Both the position numbers and the translations under genes were made by a program. Positions 50,171 to 64,000 of a DNA stretch of 64,000 bases are shown here, piece by piece. The DNA comes from the human T2T-CHM13v2.0 reference genome, Homo sapiens: NCBI RefSeq assembly GCF_009914755.1, contig NC_060940.1. One strand, 5' to 3'. Below the pieces are notes generated by a model. That model saw only the letters and a program-made list of their open reading frames with translations. It searched no databases and was not told the origin of the DNA. The first letter of the stretch is position 1; the number at the start of each line of letters is the position of its first letter.

Positions 50171-51119
50171 TGATTTTATATGAAAGAATAAATATGGGGG
50201 AGGGGGTGTATAACAAAATGAATGTGATCTTTCCAAATAAAACGCTGATCTTGTTTTGTTGAACAGTTTTTCAGAAACTCCTATAAGTTTATTATCCTTT
50301 GCTCTTTTATATAAAAATAGCCATAAAAAGTGGCTATTTTTCCCAAAAGGTTGCTTTATGCCAATTAGAACAAAGTCAGGATTTGCAAATACTTGTGCCT
50401 TACAGAAATTGGAATGCATAACGCATACCATGTAAACCTTACACTTCTACACAATTAACTGGAATAATTGGAAATGATTTAAACACTGAAATAATCTCCC
50501 GCAAAGAGTCATATTGCAAAGTCCAGTTTTGTCAAAATTTAACAAATTTAGTTCAGTAGTAAGAATGAAAGTAACTCTTTGGAAAACATGACTAAACTGT
50601 TTTTATACTGCATACTGGTATAGCTCCTACACTGTATTTCTTGCACAACCTTTTTCTGATAAGCATTTTTACTACAGCCCATAAAGGATACTTAATAAAA
50701 CATGTAACATGTTTTCTGTTAAAAGATTTGAAAAACCTACAAGAATTCTCCTTGAAAAATGCACTAAAATCAGCTTATTAAAAAGTCTCCAGCCATTTCA
50801 AATTACTCTTGATTTAAAAAAAAAAAAAGGCGGTGGGGGGAGGGGAGGAGAGAAAGGTAGTCATTTTGAAAAAATCCACTCAGTGGAAAAGGAAAAAACA
50901 CACCCAGATCTACATGTTGGTAACAAACGAGGGCCTTACGAATGGTTTTAACTGAAGTAGTTTTAACTCATTAGATGTTAAGGCTTAAAGGAATGTCTAT
51001 TATTCCAGTAAAGAATTGAGACACGCTTCAACACAGCGATCACTGAAATGAGATGTTTTAAATTACAACTATTACACCATGAACTCAATGTAGAAAGGAA
51101 TCGTTTCAAATTCAAGAAA

Positions 51120-51151
51120 CGAGATAGAGAGATAGAGAGATAGAGAGAGAC

Positions 51152-51204
<53 letters not shown>

Positions 51205-51216
51205 CACACAGAGACA
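51120..51216 (+). repeat. (GA)n microsatellite
   Basis: Interrupted then pure GA run. Confidence 0.95.
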
Positions 51217-51439
51217 TTCAGACAGACAGGGATACAGATCTGGAAGCAGACAGGCCAAATTTGTAACAGTGGATACTGCGAGGGGTGGGGAAGTTAGGAG
51301 CGCCCAAAAAGGAGGAAGGGCTTAAACAGGGGCTTTATTCAATCATGACCCATTAAAAACGATGTAAAGGCAGGATTCGCGATTGCACAGCAAAAATATA
51401 ATAAATAGATGAGGAAGGGGAAAAAATCTCCAAATTCGC

Positions 51440-52550
51440 CGAAACTCAAAATCATTACACGCGGCCCCCTTTGTCCCACTCAGGCGCCCGCCCCGGTCGC
51501 GGAGGGGCCGTTTTGGGGAAGCCCCGCACCCGTCGGAACCGGGAACAAAGCCGCCCCGGCCGCAGGAGGGGTTCTCGGAGCTAGGGCCTGGCCTCGGAGG
51601 CGGGCGTGCGGCACACTCTCGCCGGGGCTGCGGCCCGCAGGCTCCCACCGCTGTCACCGCCGCCGGCGAGGAGAGTCTGGGGCTCCAGACAGCCGCCCGG
51701 TGAGCCCACCAAAGGCGCGCTCCTCCAGTGGCCGGGACACAGCAAGAAGGGGCTTGGCCGTCTGGCCGCCGCCAGGTGGACGCTGGCGGGCCACGGCCCC
51801 GGGCTTTTCCCGGGAAACCCCTCGGTGCAGCCCGACCGGCCCCGGATCCCCGCCGCCGCCGGCGGGCCCCAGGATCTGCCCACCGCTCGGCCTCCGGGAG
51901 CCCGGCGAGGCCCCCCTCCACAGACAACGGCCGCCAAGCCACTGCCGCCCGCCCGCGCGCCCGGCCCCCGGCACCCACCTGTTGGTCGCACTCGGGGCAT
52001 GATTTGGTGGCCATCTTCACTTTCTTGGCTCGAGTTGCAGACATGCTCCTCTCCCTTAGCGGCGGCAGCAGCGACGGCTCGGGCTCCTCCCCTCACACTT
52101 CGGCAGCCCGGCCTCCGCCCGCCCAGTCCCCGCGGGCCTCAAACAAGCCTCTGGCGGGTGCGCGCGCGCGCGTGCGCGAGCTCGCGCGGGACCTGGGCGC
52201 CAAGGGGGCGGGGCGGAGCGTCGGCCGGCGGCTCCTGGGGACCGCGACACGCGCTCCCACGGCGGCTCGCGACCCACAGCCCGCCCGCGAGCTCGCCCAG
52301 AGTATCACGAGACGAGGGGAGACCTCCCCCCCCTCCGCCAGACCGCCCCGGCGCGGCAGTGGCCACGCCTCCTCTCGGCCTGGCCGACTACGAGGGGGCA
52401 AGGCCTGGGCGGGACTCGGCAGTAACGGGCGTCGAGTTCGACCAACGAATGCATAGGTAGGGCGGGCCGTAGTGCTGGGCACGCCCCATCCCCACAGAGA
52501 CCGTGGGAGCGAAGGCTGGGGAATGAATGGTGAAGGGCGTAGCGTGGATC
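51440..52550. promoter_or_regulatory. CpG island / promoter of C16orf87
   Basis: Very high GC and CpG density around exon 1; GC box GGGGCGGGGC at ~52204-52213; NRF1-like GCGCGTGCGC at ~52168-52177; no TATA box seen. Confidence 0.93.
51979..52044 (-). CDS. C16orf87: C16orf87 coding exon 1 ([22 protein letters not shown])
   Basis: ATG at 52044 with an in-frame TGA 17 codons upstream (52093-52095); 66 nt ending CAG|GTGGGT donor; peptide recognised as the human C16orf87 N-terminus; lies in the CpG island. Confidence 0.97.
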
Positions 52551-52842
52551 CTGGCATTTAATAAACTTAAGTAGATGTTACCAAGGCTAATCATTGAGAA
52601 ATTATGATAGACATTTTATGAGACCACTGGACCCAGCAGCAGAGTGAAAATTCATTTATTTATTCAATATATAATTGCCTAAGTCCCACTGTCAGGAAAA
52701 TTTGAATAAAATGCAGTGTCAGCCTTCAAGGAGCAGCCTAGCTGTGTAAACCAGTGCTACTCACTATCAAGATGAGGGATCAGATGTTTTTCTTTTTCCA
52801 ATCTGTCCGTGACTGATACTTACTAAATTAACATTAAAATTA

Positions 52843-52968
<126 letters not shown>

Positions 52969-53512
52969 CTACAAAAAGTAAAAGATTTTTAAAAATTAGC
53001 TGAGCGTGGTGGCCCATGCCTGGAGTCCTAGCTAGTAGAGAGGCTGAGGTGGGAGGATCGCTTGAGCCTATGAGATTGAGGCTTCAGTGAGCCGAGATTG
53101 TGGCCACTGCACTCCAGCCTGGGCGACAGAGCGAGACTCCGTCTCAAAAAAAAGAAAAAGAAAGAAAAAGTGAAATTTAAAAACAACTATGCAAAACGTA
53201 AGCTTACTTTTAAATATTTAATTTGACAGACCCAAAGTTATACTTAATAAACAATCAGAACAAACATAACAGAAAGAAAATTTACAAACTGTACACTTGG
53301 CTCAGAGAAAATTTACCAATATGCATTTATTACAGAGACTGGCTATTCCACTGATAACTTTTTATTCAACAATTGTTAACTAAAGCAAAGTTATGAGTTA
53401 CAATTTTACATAGTAAATGCCTGTAAGCACACTTTGTATAAATAACAGTTATATAAATGTTTAAAGCTTTTAATATGAAACCCACGAAATTGCTTCCTGT
53501 TTGGTCCATTTA

Positions 53513-55815
<2,303 letters not shown>

Positions 55816-56672
55816 ATAGTGTAATAGTTAAAATTTAAACTATCTTCAGTGGAAAAATGGATTTCAGATCTCTGATTTTTCTATGCAGGAATTTTCTTTT
55901 CAGGGAAAATAAACTTCCAACTGTTCTATCACATTTGTAAAATGTTTAATTATACCATTCACAGAGGTGCAATGTCAGGTTCATTGCCTTTTTAATAATT
56001 ACTGTGAAAACATGGAACATATTATAATAATATGTAAAATCTCTGTTCTTTCAAGTTTCTAACTTAAATTTGCATCCCTCAATCATAATTACCAGGGAAA
56101 AATATGCTGCCTTCCTTACTTGCACTAAAATTTTAAGATCCAAAAATCCTGCACAGAATACTAGCAAACCATCTTCAGCACAGTTTAAAGGGATTATACA
56201 TCATGATCAAGGAGGATTTATTTCTGTAATTCAGGAATGATTAAACATACAAAAATCGATCAATGTAATATACCACATTAATAGAATGAAAGGGAAAACG
56301 ACATGACCTTTTTGAGACAGGGTCTCACTCTGTCACCCATGCTGGAGTGCAGTGGCTCGATCTCGGTTCACTGCAACCTCTGCCTCTCGGGCTCAAGTGA
56401 TCCTCCTTCCTCAGACTCCCAAGTAGCTGGGATTACAGCTGTGCACTACCACGACCAGCTAATGACATGACTATTTTAATTGATGCAGAAAAAGCATTTG
56501 ACAAAATTCAACACCCTTTCATAATAAAAACACTCAATAGCAGAAAACAAGTGTTGATATGGATATGGATATGGAGAAAATGCAACCCTTGTGAGAATGT
56601 AAAATGGTGCAGTTGTTGTGGAAATGCAGCCTGGAGGTTCCTAAAAAAAGTAAACATAGAATTACTATTTGA

Positions 56673-57192
<520 letters not shown>

Positions 57193-57373
57193 AGAATTAC
57201 CATTTGATCTAGCAATTCCACTTCTAGGCATATACACAAAAGAATTGAAAGCCAATACTCAAGCAAATATTTGTATGCCAATGTTTGCAGCAGCATTATT
57301 CACAATAGCCAAAAGGTAGAAACAACCCAAATGCCCATTCACAGATGAGTGAATAAACAAAATATGTTACGTA

Positions 57374-57686
57374 CAGTCATGCACCATATAACATCATTCC
57401 AGACTACACATTCGACAGTGGTCCCATGAGATTATAATACCATATTTTTACTGTATTTAGATACACAAATACCATTGTGTTACAATCACCTACAATATTT
57501 AATATAGTAACATGCTATGCAGGTTTGTAGCCTAGGAGCAATAGGCTACACCACATAGCCTAGGTGTATAGTAGGCCATACCATCCAGGCTTGTGTAAGT
57601 ACACTCTACGATGCTCACACAATGATGAACTCACCTAATGACACCTTTCTCAGAACATTTCCCCATCGTTAAGTGACTCATGACTG
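57374..57686 (+). mobile_element. Tigger3a (MER7A) non-autonomous element
   Basis: TA-CAGTCATG ... CATGACTG inverted termini; internal gcctaggagcaataggcta. Confidence 0.85.
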
Positions 57687-58476
57687 TGCATACAACAAAA
57701 TATTATTTAGCCATAAAAAGGAAATTCTGACACCACAACATGGATGAACCTCAAAGACAGGATGCTAAGTGAAATAATTCAGACACAAAATACCAAATAT
57801 TGTATGATTCTACTTAGATGAGAGACCTAGCGTCATGAAATTCATAGAAACTGAAAGTAGAACAGTGGTTGTCAGGGCCTAGAGGAAGGAGGGAAGGGGA
57901 CATTATTGTTTAATGGGTATGGAGTTTCAGTATGGGATGATGAAAATGTTCTGGCAATGGATGCTGGTGATGATTGCACAACAATGCCAACGTACTTAAT
58001 GACACTAAACTATACATTTTTAAATGGCTAAAATGGTAAATTTTATGTTATGTATATTTTATCACAATCAAAAAGAAAAAATATTCAATCAACTAGGAAT
58101 ACAAGGAAACTTCCTCAACATGTTAAAGGCCATATATGAAAGACCCACAGCCAACATCATATTCAATAGTGAAAGGCTGAAAGCTTTTCCCTTAAGATCA
58201 GGAACAAGACAAGGTTGCCTGGTTTCACTTCTATTCCACATAGTATTAGAAGTTCTAGCCAGAGGAAATTAGGCAAGAAAAAGAAATCAGAGGCATCCAA
58301 ATTAGAAAAGAAGTAGGCTGGGTGCAGTGGCTCACGCCTATAATCCCAACACTTTGGGAGGCCAAGGTGGGCAGGAGTTCAAGAACAGCCTAGCCAACAT
58401 GGTGAAACTCCGTCTCTACTAAAAATACGAAAATTAGCCAGGTGTGGTGGCACATGCCTGTAATCCCAGCTACTCA

Positions 58477-58632
<156 letters not shown>

Positions 58633-60248
58633 TTAGAAAAATTAGCACATCTGATTGACCAATCCTTGTCTTTAAAAGTTGGCACTTGGCCAGGCACGGT
58701 GGCTCACACCTGTAATCCCAGCCCTTTAGGAGGCTGAGGCAGGCGGATCATGAGGTCAAGAGATCAAGACCAGCCTGGCCAACATGGTGAAACCCTGTCT
58801 CTACCAAAAATACAAAAATTAGCTGGGAATGGTGGCACGTGCCTGTAGTCCCATCTACTTGGGAGACTGAGGCAGGAGAATCGCTTAAACTTGGGAGACG
58901 GAGGTTGCAGTGAGCCAAGATCACGCCCCTGCACCCCAGCCTGGCGACAGAGCGAGATTCCATCTAAAAAAAAAAAAAAAAAAGTTGGCACTAAGCTGGG
59001 TACATGCTCATAATTCCAGCTACTCAGGAGGCTGAGGCAGGAGGATCGCTTGAGCCCAGGAGTTTCCGACCAGCCTGCACAATGCAGCGAGACCCCATTT
59101 CAGAAAAAAAAAAAAAAAAAGTTGATCTCTCAAAATTGTACTGGAAGTTCTGGCCAGGGCAGTTAGACAAGAAAATGAAATAAGGCATCTAGATTGAAAA
59201 GGAAGAAGCAAAACTATCTCTATTTGCAGATGACATTGTCTTATATGTAGAAAATCCTAAGAAGTCAACCTATTATTAGAATGAATAAATGAGTTCAGCA
59301 AAGTTGTAGGACACAATATATAAATATCAAATCTATTTCTATACACTTGGACTCAACAATATGATAATGAAATTAATTCCATTTATAATATCATCAAAAA
59401 GAATAAAATACTTAGGAGTAAAACAAAAACGTGTAAAACTTATACTCTGAAAACTACAAGACACTGTTGAAAGGAATTAAAGGTCTAAATACATGAAAAG
59501 ATATCCTGGCTGGGTGTGGTGGCTCACGCCTGTAATCCCAGCACTTTGGGAGGCTAAGGTGGGCAGACTGCTTGAGCCCAGAAGGTTGAGACCAGCCTGG
59601 GCAACATAGCTAGACTCTGTCTCTAGTTTTGTTTTGTTTTGTTTTTTTAATGTATTAAAAAAATAAGATATCCCATGTTCCTGGATTGGAGGTCTTAATA
59701 TTAAAATGGCAATATTCCCCAAATTGATCTGCTGATGAACACAATCCCTATAAAAATCCAGCTGGTTTCTCTGCAGAAATTGACAAAACGATCCTAAAAT
59801 TCATATAGAAATTACAGGGACTCTGAATTTTTTCCCCAAACAAGCTTGAAAAAGAATAATGAAACAATCTTGAAAAAGAAGAGCAAACCTGAAAGACTCA
59901 CACTTCCAGATTTTAAACCTAAAAACCTACATAACAAGCAAGTGCAATACTAGCAGAAGGATAGACATACAGATCAGTGGAATAGAGTTGAGTGTCCAGA
60001 AACAAACCGCATGCATGGAGGAAGGCAGCCTCTGATCTCCTGGCCAGACTGACTTCACTCACATACCCAATATCTTGGCAGACTGGAATCAACTGGGCTC
60101 CTCTCCCTCTCCACATAGACTTAGAGCCTTGCCGTATGGTCTCTCCTTTTACACAGTCAAACCTCTTATGTGGCAGTTTAGGGCTCTAATAACAAGTATT
60201 CCAGAGACCAAGGTGGAAGCTGCAAGGCTTTTATGGGCTCAGAAGTCA

Positions 60249-60531
<283 letters not shown>

Positions 60532-60622
60532 TCATGGAGAATTGCTCCCACTGAGTTCTATTAGTAACACAGGGTTAGGCCATATTCACTGGCCTGGTGG
60601 AAGAGAGCTACACAAAGACATG

Positions 60623-61372
60623 CAGTTGATTCTTGTTATTTGCAGTAGTTATGTTCTAGAAAGTCACTGCAAACACCGAATTAGCAAATTCTGACCATTG
60701 CTCCCAGGGAATATGCAGGATTCGTTTCCTGCAAGCCTCTGGTCACGTTTTTCTCAAGAGATTAATCCAGAACCTTAGTCTATGTGTACTTCTGTTTAAA
60801 AACACGATAGTTAATACATATTGTTCATTCATTAACATTGAACTCATGGCCAGCAGCACAACAATTTGTGCCTGAAGCTTCTCCAACACATGTATTTTTT
60901 TCTGTAAAGCACATCAGACTTCTCGCACTTTGGAACACGAGGCAGCACTTCAGCATTGTGCTTGGAGGGGTTTTTTGTTTGTTTTTGAAATGGAGTCTTG
61001 CTCTTGTTCCCCAGGCTGGAGTGCAACGGTGCCATCTCTGCTCACTGCAACCTCCGCCTCTGGGGTTATCGCGATTACTTGGAGGCCATTTTAAACAGCA
61101 AAATCACTAACAACACCCCCCCACCCAAAGTGTCACTAAATAGACCACAAAATGGGACGTTTGTTTACAGTATGAGAGCCAAAACAAGAAGCAAAGCGTC
61201 GACTTTGACCACTGCTGGGAATGGGAGTGTCAGTCAACTCAATGTTTTTACTACTCTGAACATGTCCACGAATGACCGCAAAAGCACTTCAAGTATTGAT
61301 TTTGGGATTACAAATAAATTTTAGTGAGTAGGCTAATTTGCAAATACAGCATCCATGAATAACGATTCATAA
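60623..61372 (+). mobile_element. MER82 (Tigger-type) with an Alu fragment inside
   Basis: CAGTTGATTCTTGTTATTTGCAGTAGTTATGTTCTA start matches the remembered MER82 consensus. Confidence 0.7.
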
Positions 61373-61849
61373 ATAATAAAGATATCAGGACTTGCTACAA
61401 GCTACTATGGCATGCAATAACAATTGTTTATGATCACCTTCCATATTATCACCTAACAAAAAGAATAATCTCAAATTTAATGCATTCACTTTTACATAAT
61501 TCACAATTTTTACTATATGCCTAACTGCACTGTTTATTTCAGCTGACTTTTTTTTCATAGCATGACTTTCTTAAGGAAAGAATCATTGTTTTCACTCTCA
61601 TTTTGATCTTTGCTCCTTAAACTGGCTACCTACTCCAGGGTATTTTTTTGTTGCAGCTCTGCCATCCAACGTACTTCTCCACAGTTCTAAAGCTCCACAC
61701 CACATTTGTTGACAATATCAGAGCTAGCTGTGTTTGTGACCAAAGAAGCAGGAAAACAATTTTTTTCTTTGTATCACCTTCATGTTCAAAATGCACATCT
61801 TAGCAATATCTCAGCATGTATTATGTTGCAATGAAAAATACTTTGCTAG

Positions 61850-62053
<204 letters not shown>

Positions 62054-62229
62054 TAGTAGAGATGGGATTTCACCATGTTGGCCAGGCTGGTTTCGAACTC
62101 CTGACTTTAAGTGATCCGCCCGCCTCGGCCTCCCAAAGTTCTAGGATTACAGGCTTGAGCCACCACGACCAGCCCTTGTTCTATTATTCTTGCCATAGAT
62201 TCACACAATATTGTGTGACCGGAGGATCA

Positions 62230-62388
<159 letters not shown>

Positions 62389-62631
62389 TCACAAACCATC
62401 ATATGTGCTATATTCTATTTATTAGAAGTAACTCAAGTCTGGCCCACATTCCAAGTAAATATCTTTGTCATCTTATGGTCTTATTTATTTATTTTATTTT
62501 ATTTTATTTTATTTTTTATTTTGAGATGAAGTTTCACTCTTATTGCCCAGGCTAGAGTGCAGTGGTGCAATCTTGGCTCACTGTAACCTCCTTCTCCGGG
62601 TTCAAGCGATTCTCCTATCTCAACCTCCTGA

Positions 62632-62817
<186 letters not shown>

Positions 62818-62899
62818 TAGTGCACCTTTATAAGAAGCCAAAAAGCAGTAATGTTTATGTGGGAAGTATTGAATGTCTGCTTCTGCTGGCTTTAACAGT

Positions 62900-63326
62900 A
62901 GCTTTATAGAGATATAATTCACATACCACTTAAAGTGTGCAATTCAGTTTTTAGTATATTCACAGATGTTATGTAACTATCACCACAATTTAATTCCCAG
63001 ATATTGTCATCCCTACAAAATGAAACCTTATACCCAATAGCAGCCACTTCCCATTCTCTGTTCTCAGCCCCTGACAACCACTAATCTATTAATACTTTCT
63101 GTCTCTTTGGATCTGCCTATTTTGGTCATTTCCTATAAATGGAATTCTACAGTATATTCCTTTTGTGTTTGGTTTCTTTCATTTAGCATAATGTTTTCAA
63201 GGTTTACTATGTTATAGCATCTATCAGTACTTGATTCCTTTTTATGGCTGAATAATATTCCATTGTATGGATATACCACATTTTATTATCCATTCATCAG
63301 TTGATGTACATTTGGATTGTTTCTAC
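62900..63326 (-). mobile_element. L1M 3' end, host of the CKB retrocopy
   Basis: Reverse L1 3' UTR (ccattcatcagttgatg, ggctgaataatattccattg). Confidence 0.8.
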
Positions 63327-63964
<638 letters not shown>

Positions 63965-64000
63965 TGATCTGCCCGCCTCGGCCTCCCAAAGTTTTGAGAT

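Noticed and set aside
51343-52557. Many long overlapping ORFs (154-284 aa) on both strands at the CpG island
   Set aside because: GC-rich, stop-poor sequence giving Arg/Pro/Gly/Ala low-complexity peptides; only the first 22 codons of 51343-52044 are real (exon 1)

Overview
Human genomic DNA (an AluYa5 is present), very rich in Alu and L1. From recall of the gene content it is most likely chr16q11.2, between MYLK3 and GPT2. The only intact protein-coding gene is C16orf87 (UPF0547, 154 aa) on the minus strand. It has four coding exons (52044-51979, 45376-45280, 30679-30497, 23963-23845), GT-AG introns and a CpG-island promoter at ~51.4-52.5 kb. Two processed pseudogenes sit inside old L1 elements: NFE2L3 (10792-13197, +) and the 3' end of CKB (63327-63728, -). 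The rest is roughly 55 Alus plus L1/L2/MIR, Tigger1, Tigger3a, MER82, MER58A, MADE1, a MER61 solo LTR and MLT1. Almost all ORFs in the supplied track are repeat or GC-content artefacts. The leading leads are: (1) the C16orf87 UGA is followed 4 nt later by a long stem-loop and by 101 further sense codons in frame, a candidate readthrough signal; (2) a frame-preserving 48-nt cassette exon in intron 3, with a possible stop-containing long form; (3) an old NFE2L3 retrocopy that kept a CpG island and gained an 18-bp GC-box tandem array next to a strong antisense splice donor, a candidate exapted promoter; (4) a chimeric AluYa5-into-AluS insertion without its own TSD. Repeat subfamily names come from remembered consensus sequences, and repeat boundaries are approximate.
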